From NCBI GenBank assembly GCA_963812835.1, contig CAWEWN010000001.1, positions 264,354 to 328,353 on the forward strand: a stretch of 64,000 bases of DNA. The letters are read 5' to 3'. Of this stretch, positions 9,934-18,946 are shown in pieces. Position 1 is the first letter of the stretch; every line of letters starts with the position of its first letter. The notes beneath the pieces were generated by a model. It was not told the origin of the DNA and ran no database searches. It saw nothing but the letters and a program-made list of their open reading frames with translations. This stretch comes from Terriglobia bacterium. GTDB taxonomy: Bacteria; Acidobacteriota; Terriglobia; Terriglobales; Acidobacteriaceae. The position numbers and the translations under genes are program-made.

Positions 9934-10070
9934 GATATTCCCCGGGCGACATTAACAAACTGTTAGGGTCGCAACAAGCGTTAAGCCGCAACCGGGGTTA
10001 CTTCTGTCACCGAAGAGTCACGTAGCGCATGCGTCCGCCGGCTGACGCATGGCACCTTGCTTTCGCAAGC

Positions 10071-10265
10071 TCAGGGTTCCTTCCGAAGCTTCGTGTCCTC
10101 GATAATCATGTCCTTGAATTCGCTGGACTCGAAGATTTCTCCGCATTCCTTGCACTCAACGAATTCGGAGTCTTCTTCGCGAGCGACGATTTGCACGCGC
10201 GGGTGCTTGCACGGCGCCATGTCGCTTTTCTTCTCGGGGGTGGGGGACGGCGAGGATGGAGTCAT
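10071..10265 (-). CDS. small hypothetical protein, possibly starting at the internal ATG (MAPCKH...)
   Basis: 64-codon ORF co-directional with and upstream of the response regulator. One CxxC (CKEC) plus one further Cys. No strong ribosome-binding site. Confidence 0.35.
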   Translation of the reverse strand: MTPSSPSPTPEKKSDMAPCKHPRVQIVAREEDSEFVECKECGEIFESSEFKDMIIEDTKLRKEP

Positions 10266-10551
10266 AAATCCGGGTGTTGGGGTTCCCTGTTGGACGCCGG
10301 GGATTTCTCCGGAAATTGGCGGTATTTTAGACCGCCTTCTCCAGTTGTCAAGTCCCTACGTCGATCTTTATTCCGCAGCGGTTCATCCAATTTTCTGGAT
10401 TCGGTTGCAACCCTCGCCGCATCGAAACCTTGACGGCCCAAGTTACGGTCTCTCAATCGGTTAAACGACTGCCACGACCTCTCGCTGGCTCATTTCTACC
10501 GTTGCCTGTAACAGGTTGCATTAAAGCAGGTTGACATCTAATATAGATATA

Positions 10552-10570
10552 TCCGACTGAAAAGGTCGGA
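10552..10570 (+). promoter_or_regulatory. candidate IscR operator (inverted repeat TCCGAC-N7-GTCGGA) just upstream of iscR
   Basis: Perfect 6-bp inverted repeat ending 10 nt before the iscR ATG. TTGACA hexamer at 10531-10536. Partial resemblance to the type-1 IscR site. Confidence 0.35.
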
Positions 10571-10571
10571 A

Positions 10572-11054
10572 TTGCTGAGCATGCTTAAGCTGACCAAAAA
10601 GGCGGACTACGGATTGATGGCCATGAAGCATCTGGCCGAGCATGCCGCACAGGGAGCATGCAGCGCCAAGGATGTAGCGGATGCCTACGGCATACCCCAG
10701 GAAGCCCTGGCCAAGATTTTGCAGCGCCTGGTCAAGGCTGGCCTGCTCCATTCGCAGCATGGGACAAACGGCGGCTACACCCTGGCTCGCGATCCGGGAA
10801 TGATTTCGGCTTTCGAGGTGATCCGCGCCATCGATGGTCCACTTTTTATCACTTCGTGCTTTACCGTGCGAGGTGAATGCGATCAGAGCGATCGTTGCAA
10901 TATCCGGGAGCCTCTAAGGCGGGTCAATGACGGAATCGAAGAGCTACTCCGGAGCATCACTATCCTGGAGATGAAGGAAGAGACCGCACACACCGCCGAC
11001 AAGACCCGCAGCGACAAGACAAAGCACGCGACGGAATTCGTAACTATTGGATAA
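10572..11054 (+). CDS. iscR: Rrf2-family Fe-S cluster regulator IscR (ATG at 10581 likely)
   Basis: [19 protein letters not shown] Rrf2 N-terminus. C-x6-C-x5-C cysteine cluster ([14 protein letters not shown]). First gene of the isc operon. Confidence 0.85.
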   Translation: MLSMLKLTKKADYGLMAMKHLAEHAAQGACSAKDVADAYGIPQEALAKILQRLVKAGLLHSQHGTNGGYTLARDPGMISAFEVIRAIDGPLFITSCFTVRGECDQSDRCNIREPLRRVNDGIEELLRSITILEMKEETAHTADKTRSDKTKHATEFVTIG

Positions 11055-11076
11055 GCAGGTTCTGAGGAGAGCAATC

Positions 11077-12379
11077 ATGAGCACGGATGTAAAGACGATC
11101 CCCCAGGGGACCAACGGACACAGCGAAGCGAAGACGCAAGAGCAGCGTACTGCGGCCAACGGCGTCAGGCTGCCGGTCTACATGGACAACCATGCCACCA
11201 CGCCCATGGATCCCCGCGTGTTGGAAGAAATGCTTCCCTACTTCATGGAGAAGTTCGGCAACGCGGCCAGCCGCAACCATTCCTTCGGATGGGCCGGAGA
11301 AGAAGGCGTCGAAACCGCGCGCGAGCGCGTCGCCAAACTGATCGGCGCGACCCCCAAAGAGATCATTTTCACTTCGGGCGCCACCGAGAGCGACAACCTC
11401 GCCATCAAGGGCGTGGCCGAGATGTACAAGGAAAAGGGAAACCACATCATCACGGCCGTGACCGAGCACAAGGCCGTGCTCGATACCTGCAAGCGCCTCG
11501 AGAAGTACGGTTACCGCGTCACTTACATGGCGGTGCAGAAAGACGGCCTGATTGATCTCGAAGAACTCAAGCGCGTCATGGATGACAAGACCATCCTGGT
11601 GACGATCATGGCCGCCAACAACGAAATTGGTGTGGTGCAGCCGGTGGCGGAAATCGGGAAGCTCTGTCGTGAGCGCGGCGTGATCTTCCACACCGACGCC
11701 ACCCAGGCGGTCGGTAAGATTCCGATTGACGTGAACAAGATGAACATCGACCTGATGTCCATCTCGGCCCACAAAATGTATGGGCCCGAAGGGTGTCGGC
11801 GCGTTGTACGTGCGGCGCAAGAATCCTAGGGTACAGATTTCCGCCATCATCGATGGCGGCGGACACGAGCGCGGCATGCGCTCTGGAACCCTGAACGTCC
11901 CCGGAATCGTCGGACTGGGCAAGGCCTGCGCGATTGCCTCCGAAGAGATGGCCAAGGAAGCCAGCACCCTGTCGGGTCTGCGAGACCGCCTGCGCGACCG
12001 CATTATGGGCCGCCTGGACGAGACCTACATCAACGGCTCGTGGGAGCATCGGCTGCCGGGCAATCTGAATATCAGCTTTGCCTACGTAGAAGGCGAATCG
12101 CTCCTGATGGGCATCAACGACATCGCAGTTTCGAGCGGATCTGCATGCACCTCTGCGACTCTTGAGCCATCTTATGTATTGAAGGCTTTAGGCACTGGCG
12201 ACGACCTGGCCCACAGCTCGATTCGCTTCGGCATCGGCCGCTTCAACACCGAAGCTGAAGTGGATTACGTGGCCGACCGGGTCATCGAAACGGTAGAACG
12301 ATTGCGCGAACTTTCGCCACTGTACGAAATGGCAAAAGAAGGCGTGGATTTAAAGAGCGTCAAGTGGGCAGGCGAGTAG
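11077..12379 (+). pseudogene. iscS: cysteine desulfurase IscS, frame broken by one extra base near 11785-11788
   Basis: [10 protein letters not shown] is in ORF 11047..11829, then [10 protein letters not shown]...SSGSACTS is in ORF 11780..12379. GGGCCCGAAGGG reads correctly if one C is removed. Confidence 0.9.
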
Positions 12380-12401
12380 GGTCGGCAGCGGAAGTAGCTT
12401 T

Positions 12402-12505
12402 CAGCCGCGAAGCGGCGCAAGAGTAAAGCCCACGGCGCAAGCCGTGGGTAACAAGTGGAGAGATCGCACAGCCCTGAAAGGGCGAATGAGGGCGGCGTCA
12501 CGAAC
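12402..12505. repeat. about 100-nt structured repeat (copy 1) with GNRA-loop hairpins
   Basis: GCCGC-GAA-GCGGC and CCCACGGC-GCAA-GCCGTGGG hairpins. Homologous copy at 23744-23847. Confidence 0.75.
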
Positions 12506-12527
12506 CACAAAATAGTTGAGGGAGTAG

Positions 12528-12555
12528 AGGTCCTTCGACTTCGCTCAGGATGACA
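12528..12555. repeat. short GTCATCCTGAG...GAAGGACC-type palindromic unit
   Basis: aggtccttcgacttcgctcaggatgaca. The same end motifs occur at 31106-31282, 60943-61128 and 63867-63897. Confidence 0.75.
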
Positions 12556-12582
12556 CGAGTTTTAATTTTAGGAGAGATCAAA

Positions 12583-12996
12583 ATGGCATATAGCGATAAG
12601 GTTCTCGATCATTACTCAAACCCGCGCAACGTAGGCTCGATGGACAAGAACAGCACCGAAGTCGGCACTGGCCTGGTAGGCGCGCCGGAGTGCGGCGACG
12701 TCATGAAGCTGCAGATCAAGGTCAATCCGCAGACCAACATCATCGAAGACGCTAAGTTCAAGACCTTCGGCTGCGGTTCCGCGATCGCATCGTCTTCGCT
12801 CGCCACCGAGTGGGTTAAGGGCAAGACGGTGGACGAAGCGCTGCAGATCAAGAACACCGAAATCGTGAAAGAGCTCGCGCTGCCTCCGGTGAAGATCCAC
12901 TGTTCGGTGCTGGCGGAAGACGCCATCCGGGCGGCGATTCATGACTGGAAGGCGAAGCAGGGCGCAGTCAAGCCGGTAGCTGTAGAAGCGAAGTAA
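12583..12996 (+). CDS. iscU: Fe-S cluster scaffold IscU
   Basis: MAYSDKVLDHYSNPRNVG...GAPECGDVM...FGCGSAIASSS...IHCSVLA. Conserved Cys triad. Confidence 0.95.
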   Translation: MAYSDKVLDHYSNPRNVGSMDKNSTEVGTGLVGAPECGDVMKLQIKVNPQTNIIEDAKFKTFGCGSAIASSSLATEWVKGKTVDEALQIKNTEIVKELALPPVKIHCSVLAEDAIRAAIHDWKAKQGAVKPVAVEAK

Positions 12997-13047
12997 GCTC
13001 TCAGCCATCAGGTCTCGGTAAGAGCTGCGCGTTTTTTTGGAATATTT

Positions 13048-13428
13048 ATGGCTACGATAACAGAAGAAACGACCAAGCCGGCGGCTCCGGCCAAGGGCGG
13101 AGTGAAGGTCACGGACAAAGCCCTGGCCAAGGTCCGGACGGCCATCGTCAAGGAAGGAATCTCGCCCGAGCAGGGCGGGTTGCGCCTGGGCGTGCAGGGC
13201 GGCGGGTGTTCCGGACTGAGCTATAACATCCGTTTTGATACTCAGCCCCGCGAGCGCGATCGAATCTTCCAGTTTGGCGATGTGCGCGTGTTCGTGGACC
13301 CAAAGTCGTTCATCTACCTGAACGGCATGGTGCTGGATTATCAAGAGACGTTGATGCAGCAGGGATTTGTATTCGTCAATCCCAATGCATCGAAGTCCTG
13401 TGGCTGTGGCACGTCATTCTCAGGCTAG
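13048..13428 (+). CDS. iscA: Fe-S cluster insertion protein IscA/HesB family
   Basis: GGGCSG...C-terminal SCGCGTSF motif. Confidence 0.9.
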   Translation: MATITEETTKPAAPAKGGVKVTDKALAKVRTAIVKEGISPEQGGLRLGVQGGGCSGLSYNIRFDTQPRERDRIFQFGDVRVFVDPKSFIYLNGMVLDYQETLMQQGFVFVNPNASKSCGCGTSFSG

Positions 13429-13436
13429 AGTTTTTG

Positions 13437-13572
13437 TATGGCGCGGGCGCCCTCGCCCGCGAGCTTGGAGCGGCAAGGCCCTCCGCGCTCCGGTCGATTT
13501 CCTCGATCCGATGATCCCCTGAGAGTTTTACGGCGCATGCGCCGGTCGCGGGCGAGGGCGCCTGCGCCACAC
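13437..13572. repeat. inverted pair of family-A-like GC hairpins
   Basis: tatggcgcgggcgccctcgcccgcgag (13437-13463) and its near reverse complement gtcgcgggcgagggcgcctgcgccacac (13545-13572). Confidence 0.8.
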
Positions 13573-13589
13573 GACCACCCAATCAAGAC

Positions 13590-14333
13590 ATGACCATCGA
13601 CACCTCCAAAACGATCGCGACCCCAGAAAGCGGCGATACCACCGCCAGCTGCTGGTCATGCGGGGACATGCGCGCCGCCCACTTCTGCCACGCCTGCGGC
13701 AAGGTGCAGCCGCCCTCGCCGGTGAATTATTTCTCGTTCTTTGGATTGCCCCGAAAGCTGAATTTGGATGTATCGGGTCTGGAAAAAGAATTTTACGAGT
13801 TGAGCCGGAAGCTGCATCCCGACCTCAATGCCCGCGCCGACAAGCGCGAGCAGGAGTGGAGCCTGGAGCAAAGCTCATTGCTCAACGACGCCTACCGTAC
13901 GTTGAAAGACCCAATCAAGCGTACCCAGTACCTGCTGCGGCTGGAAGGGGTGGAACTCGAGGAGCAATCAAAGACCGCGACCGAAAAGGCGCGCGCCAGC
14001 GGCGAAGTGAAGAAGCAGATTGTGCCTCCCGATCTGCTCGAGGAAGTATTCGAACTGAATATGCAACTCGAAGAACTACGGATGAACAAGAAGATGGGTG
14101 AGGACGATCCTGCCCTCGTGAAAGACCTTGAGACGCACAAGGCGCAGTTCGAGAAAAAGTACGAAGAGTTGGCGGAAGAACTAAAGAGTCACTGGGAGCA
14201 CTGGGACCGGGCCCTTGACCTCGACAGGTCAAGCGAGCGCCGCGGAGCGCTGGACGGCATGGTCGATCTGCTGAACCGGCGCAGCTACATCAGGAATCTG
14301 GTGAGAGACGTAAATGAAGCGCTGGGAACGTAA
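13590..14333 (+). CDS. hscB: Fe-S co-chaperone HscB with N-terminal CxxC...CxxC module
   Basis: J-domain YFSFFGLPRKLNLD...LHPD. Preceded by CWSCGDMRAAHFCHAC. Confidence 0.85.
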   Translation: MTIDTSKTIATPESGDTTASCWSCGDMRAAHFCHACGKVQPPSPVNYFSFFGLPRKLNLDVSGLEKEFYELSRKLHPDLNARADKREQEWSLEQSSLLNDAYRTLKDPIKRTQYLLRLEGVELEEQSKTATEKARASGEVKKQIVPPDLLEEVFELNMQLEELRMNKKMGEDDPALVKDLETHKAQFEKKYEELAEELKSHWEHWDRALDLDRSSERRGALDGMVDLLNRRSYIRNLVRDVNEALGT

Positions 14334-14336
14334 AGC

Positions 14337-14384
14337 GATTTCAGATTTGTGATTTAGGATTTTAGATTTTCAAATCTCAAATCC
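14337..14384. repeat. 7-nt-period repeat hairpin, GATTTNN class
   Basis: gatttcagatttgtgatttaggattttagattttcaaatctcaaatcc, between hscB and hscA. Confidence 0.85.
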
Positions 14385-14403
14385 TTAACAATCTACATTC
14401 TCT

Positions 14404-16305
14404 ATGTCCACTGACCGCATCGTCGGCATCGATCTCGGAACCACCAACTCCCTGGTGGCTTTCATGCAGGGGGACAGGCCTGTCGTTATCCCCGGCGAGG
14501 ACGGCGTTAACCTGGTGCCTTCCGTCGTGGCGCTGGACGAGAAAGATCAGATTATAGTTGGCAATGCGGCCCGCAAGTATTTGATCGAGACTCCTGAACG
14601 TGCGGTTTATTCGATTAAACGCCTGATGGGGCGCGGCATTGAAGATATCCAGCAGGAGTTGAAGCTGTTTCCTTTCCGTCTGGCCGATGACCTCCAGGCC
14701 GGAGAAGTTCTACGGATCCGGCTCGGCGAAAAGACTTTTACGCCGCCTGAGATTTCAGCCTTCGTTCTGCGACAGCTCAAGCGCAACGCCGAACGATTCT
14801 TCAAAGCGCCGGTGACAAAAGCAGTCATCACCGTGCCCGCCTACTTCAACGATGCGCAGCGCCAAGCCACGAAAGACGCAGGCCGCATCGCCGGGCTTGA
14901 GGTCCTTCGTCTGGTAAATGAGCCGACGGCGGCTTCCCTGGCCTATGGGCTCGACAAAAGGCAGAACGGGATCGTTGCCGTATACGACCTGGGCGGCGGC
15001 ACGTTCGACGTCTCGATTCTCAAATTGCACGATGGAATCTTCGAGGTGGTCGCCACCAACGGCGATACACATTTGGGCGGCGATGATATCGACAATCTGC
15101 TGATCACGATCGCACTCGATGACATTCGCGGCGACATGGGTCTGGATGTTTCGCAAAATGGCGAAGCCGTCGCTACCATCCGCAAGGCAGTTATCGAAGC
15201 CAAGATTTCCCTCTCCTCAGAGCCGGCGACCACGATTGAAGTTGAATTGCCCGGCGGCAGGCACTATACACGAAAGATCACCCGGGAGCAGTTCGAGCAA
15301 CTCATTCAGCCCATCATCGATCGCACGGTCGGCCCTTGCAAACAGGCCCTTAAAGATGCAGGCCTGAAGCCGGAACAGATTGATGAAGTGGTGCTGGTTG
15401 GCGGATCAACGCGAATCCCCAAAGTACGCGCGCTTGTGGAAGAGATGTTTCACCGCAAGCCACACACCGACTTGAACCCGGACGAAGTCGTGGCCCTGGG
15501 CGCGGCCGTACAAGCCAATATTCTTTCCGGCGGCTCGGAAGCCACGGAAAACATGCTGTTGCTGGATGTGACGCCTTTGTCGCTCGGCATCGAAGTGGCA
15601 GGCGGCGTGACCGACAAGATCATCCTGCGCAATTCGACGATTCCGGCTTCGGCCACGCAGCACTACACAACCCAGGTGGACGGACAAACCAATGTCGCCA
15701 TCCACGTATTGCAAGGCGAGCGTGAGTTAGCGAAAGATTGCCGCTCTCTTGCGCGCTTCGAGTTGAAGGGAATTCCGCCCATGCCGGCCGGAATTCCCCG
15801 CGTGGAAGTGAAGTTCCTGATCGACGCAAATGGCATCCTGCACGTGTCCGCGCGGGAGCAACGCAGCGGAAAGGAAGCGGAGATCGAAGTCCAACCCAGT
15901 TACGGCCTGACCGATGAACAGGTCGAGAGCATGATTCTCGATTCCTTTGATTCGGCGGAAGAAGATTTTCGCCAGCGGCAAGTAATCGAGGCGCGGAATG
16001 AAGCTGACACCATCGTCGCCGCGCTCGAAAAAGGAAAGCGCAGCCCGGCCTGGGGACAACTCACGAGCGACGAGAAGAAACGTATCGCCAAGCTGGAAAA
16101 ATCATTGCACGAAGTGAAAGGCGCAGACGACTACCAGGCGATTCGCGACGCGATTGACGCGCTCAACCAGGGCACCATGCGGCTGGCGGAGTTGATGATG
16201 GATAGCGCCGTGTCAACCGCTCTCAAGGGCAAAACGATGGACCAGGCGGACATGGGCGAAGGCCCGGACGCGCCGCATCCGGTGGCCAAAGCGGAGTTTG
16301 AATAA
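14404..16305 (+). CDS. hscA: Fe-S chaperone HscA (Hsp70 family)
   Basis: [18 protein letters not shown] and VGGSTRIP Hsp70 motifs. Position within the isc operon. Confidence 0.95.
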   Translation: MSTDRIVGIDLGTTNSLVAFMQGDRPVVIPGEDGVNLVPSVVALDEKDQIIVGNAARKYLIETPERAVYSIKRLMGRGIEDIQQELKLFPFRLADDLQAGEVLRIRLGEKTFTPPEISAFVLRQLKRNAERFFKAPVTKAVITVPAYFNDAQRQATKDAGRIAGLEVLRLVNEPTAASLAYGLDKRQNGIVAVYDLGGGTFDVSILKLHDGIFEVVATNGDTHLGGDDIDNLLITIALDDIRGDMGLDVSQNGEAVATIRKAVIEAKISLSSEPATTIEVELPGGRHYTRKITREQFEQLIQPIIDRTVGPCKQALKDAGLKPEQIDEVVLVGGSTRIPKVRALVEEMFHRKPHTDLNPDEVVALGAAVQANILSGGSEATENMLLLDVTPLSLGIEVAGGVTDKIILRNSTIPASATQHYTTQVDGQTNVAIHVLQGERELAKDCRSLARFELKGIPPMPAGIPRVEVKFLIDANGILHVSAREQRSGKEAEIEVQPSYGLTDEQVESMILDSFDSAEEDFRQRQVIEARNEADTIVAALEKGKRSPAWGQLTSDEKKRIAKLEKSLHEVKGADDYQAIRDAIDALNQGTMRLAELMMDSAVSTALKGKTMDQADMGEGPDAPHPVAKAEFE

Positions 16306-16308
16306 ACT

Positions 16309-16339
16309 AGTTGTCAGTCTCTGGTTCTCAGTTGTCAGG
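16309..16339. repeat. 7-nt-period repeat, AGTTGTC class
   Basis: agttgtcagtctctggttctcagttgtcagg, between the hscA stop and the fdx ribosome-binding site. Confidence 0.8.
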
Positions 16340-16351
16340 TAAGGAGTTTTG

Positions 16352-16765
16352 ATGGCAGAGCATAAGACGCAAGGCGCGGGAGCAGCAACAGTTGACGCTC
16401 CGGGCGAGAACACCGTGCAGGTCACATTTCTGCCGGAAGGCAAGACTGTGCAGTTCGAGCACGGCAAGCTGCCGTACAAAGATCATGGCAAGGAAGAATC
16501 GCTGCTCGACGTCGCCCTCAACAACGGTATCCGGCTGGACCATGCCTGTGGCGGCAACTGCGCCTGCACCACCTGCCATATCTGGGTGAAAGAAGGCGCC
16601 GAAAATCTTTCCGAGATGGACGACGACGAAGCCGACCGGCTGGACATGGCCGCCGATTTACAGTTAAACTCCCGTCTCGGCTGTCAGGCGGTGATTAACA
16701 AGCCAGGCAAAGTCGTAGTCGAGATTCCAGCGTGGAACCGGAACTACGTGTCGGAAGAACACTAA
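16352..16765 (+). CDS. fdx: [2Fe-2S] ferredoxin (ISC type)
   Basis: CGGNCACTTCH...C cysteine pattern. AAGGAG lies 5 nt upstream of the ATG. Confidence 0.9.
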   Translation: MAEHKTQGAGAATVDAPGENTVQVTFLPEGKTVQFEHGKLPYKDHGKEESLLDVALNNGIRLDHACGGNCACTTCHIWVKEGAENLSEMDDDEADRLDMAADLQLNSRLGCQAVINKPGKVVVEIPAWNRNYVSEEH

Positions 16766-16768
16766 AGC

Positions 16769-16836
16769 AGTTTCTAGTTTCCGGTTTCCAGTTTCCAGTT
16801 CTGGTTTTGAAACTAGAAACCAGAAACTGGAAACTG
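16769..16836. repeat. 7-nt-period repeat hairpin, AGTTTCY class
   Basis: agtttctagtttccggtttccagtttccagttctgg / gaaactagaaaccagaaactggaaactg. The first 20 nt are identical to 38411-38430. Confidence 0.9.
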
Positions 16837-16852
16837 AATTCAAGGAGTTTCC

Positions 16853-17074
16853 ATGCCAAAAGAATTGACCTGGGAAGATGCGGAAGACCTCGGAATCCTG
16901 CTCTCCGAGGAGCATCCTGAAATGGATCCGCTGGCCGTGCGCTTCACCGATTTGCACCGGCTCGTGACCGAGCTGCCGGGATTTAAAGACGATCCCAAGA
17001 AATCGACCGAGGGCAAGCTGGAAGCGATCCAGATGGCATGGCATTCGGAATTTCTGGACCGTACTCAAGCCTAG
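16853..17074 (+). CDS. iscX: Fe-S assembly protein IscX
   Basis: LTWEDAEDLG...DPLAVRFTDLHRLV...DDP...KLEAIQMAW aligns by eye with the IscX/YfhJ pattern. Confidence 0.85.
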   Translation: MPKELTWEDAEDLGILLSEEHPEMDPLAVRFTDLHRLVTELPGFKDDPKKSTEGKLEAIQMAWHSEFLDRTQA

Positions 17075-17089
17075 ACTTCAGCGTCCGCT

Positions 17090-18868
17090 TTATTTGCCGG
17101 AGTCGACTTCCCGATAGAACTTCTGCAATACGTAGAATGCCTGCTTGCGCTCTCCCTGAATTGAAAACAGTCCTTTACGGTTGAAATAATCCTGAGTTCC
17201 GGGAAGCAAGCGGCGCGGCGAATGGAAATCCATGAGCACCCAGGGTGACATGCCGGCCAGCGATGGAATTTTTTTCAGCATCGCAATCTGATGCTGGTAG
17301 ATATTCGCCTGATATTCCTCGGTCCAGCGCTCATCAGCTGCGCCATGTCTGCCATACGGACTTCCACCGCCGAATTCGCTGGCAATGAGTGGCTTGTCCC
17401 AGGCGATCTTCCACTGCATTCTGTCGGCGTCCTCCGGACGTCCTCCATACCATCCCAGATATTCATTGAGTCCGAGCACATCAAGGTATTGGCCGAGAGG
17501 ATCGGTGAGGGCCCGCGAATCCGGCCCGAGGTCGTCTACGTGACTCATGGCTGAAGTGATCAGACGAGTGGAGTCCAGCTGGCGTGCCCGCTCCGCGAGC
17601 TGCCGCAGAAATTCGAGTCGCGCCGGCTTGATCGGAGTTTCATTCGAAAGCGACCAGAAGGCAACTGACGCCCGATTGTGGTCGCGGGCAATCATGTCCC
17701 GAAGCTGATCCTCGGCATTTTGCAGCGTGGCTGGATTTTCCCAGTCGATGTCCCAATAGACCGGGATTTCCGACCAGACCATGATGCCCATACGATCCGC
17801 GAGGCGGGTCACATTTTCGTTGTGCGGGTAGTGAGTGAGGCGAACGAAATTGCAGCCCAATTCGCGCGCCCATCCCAGCAGAGTTTCCGCATCCTCGGGA
17901 CTGAACGCACGGCCACCGCGGAGCGGAGCTTCTTCATGCATTGAAATACCTCGCAGGAAGATGGGCTGGCCGTTGAGTAATATCTGCGTGCCGTGGGTTT
18001 CAATCGTACGGAAGCCGATGGAATCGCGCACCTTGTCAGCACCAGCCGACAACCGGACGTCGTAGAGTTTGGGATGTCTGGGCGACCATAATTCGAGGCG
18101 TGCAGAAAAGTGGAACTCCGCGCGGCCAGAGGCATCCGTGGTAACGGTCTGCTTGATTCGTGCCTCGGGAATTTCAACGACAACCGGTTGCGCCAGTGCA
18201 GGGCCTCTGAGTTGCACCCAGCCCGAGACCTGATCGGCCGATCCCTTGGCAAGTTGCACCACGTAATCCTGTATGAAGGTCTCTGGTTCCTCGACCAGCA
18301 TGACATTGCGCGTAAGTCCGCCGTAATTCCACCAGTCGGTATTGACCGAGGGAACCCCATCGCGGCGGCGGGCATTGTTCACTTCGGCAACCAGGAAGTT
18401 GTCGCCTTCGCGAATCTGATCAGTAATTTCAAAATTGAAGGGCGTGAACCCGCCTTCGTGTTCTCCGAGAGCCTGTCCGTTGATATAGACGCGAGTGAAA
18501 TAGTTGGCCGCCCCGAGATAGACGAGGACGCGAGTGTGCTCGCGCTTGTGGTAAGAAAAGCTTTTTTTGTACCAGACTGGTCCTTCGTAGAAGAACAGTT
18601 CTTTCTTCTGCAGATTCCAGTCGCCGGGAACTTGCAGGACGTCGGACTTATCGAAATCGTATTCCAGAAGTTCGTGTTTGTCCCGGGCTTTGGCATTCAG
18701 GTAAAAGCGGGCGTTCACGCCGGTTTCGTAAGGATCTACGATCGCCTGCCATTGACCATCCAGGCTGATGGTGGTGCGATTCGAAATATTATTGATCAGC
18801 GGAGAAGGGCTCGCGGCAGCAAAGCCTAATGACGTAAATATGCCCAGCAGAAAAATCAGCTTTCGCAT
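17090..18868 (-). CDS. secreted glycoside hydrolase family 2 (beta-galactosidase/glucuronidase-like)
   Basis: Signal peptide. VRLTHYPHNE and WSLSNE catalytic-region motifs typical of GH2. Confidence 0.8.
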   Translation of the reverse strand: MRKLIFLLGIFTSLGFAAASPSPLINNISNRTTISLDGQWQAIVDPYETGVNARFYLNAKARDKHELLEYDFDKSDVLQVPGDWNLQKKELFFYEGPVWYKKSFSYHKREHTRVLVYLGAANYFTRVYINGQALGEHEGGFTPFNFEITDQIREGDNFLVAEVNNARRRDGVPSVNTDWWNYGGLTRNVMLVEEPETFIQDYVVQLAKGSADQVSGWVQLRGPALAQPVVVEIPEARIKQTVTTDASGRAEFHFSARLELWSPRHPKLYDVRLSAGADKVRDSIGFRTIETHGTQILLNGQPIFLRGISMHEEAPLRGGRAFSPEDAETLLGWARELGCNFVRLTHYPHNENVTRLADRMGIMVWSEIPVYWDIDWENPATLQNAEDQLRDMIARDHNRASVAFWSLSNETPIKPARLEFLRQLAERARQLDSTRLITSAMSHVDDLGPDSRALTDPLGQYLDVLGLNEYLGWYGGRPEDADRMQWKIAWDKPLIASEFGGGSPYGRHGAADERWTEEYQANIYQHQIAMLKKIPSLAGMSPWVLMDFHSPRRLLPGTQDYFNRKGLFSIQGERKQAFYVLQKFYREVDSGK

Positions 18869-18946
18869 TCCGGCCTCATAAGTCGGGCAATCTTAGTGAG
18901 AGCCGAAGCACGCTGTCAAACGGCAACTTGCCGATGTTACGGCCGG

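Noticed and set aside
16769-16836. Heptad arrays as possible CRISPR arrays
   Set aside because: The unit length is 7 nt with no unique spacers. Arrays are 30-80 nt long and palindromic. No cas genes are present in the window.
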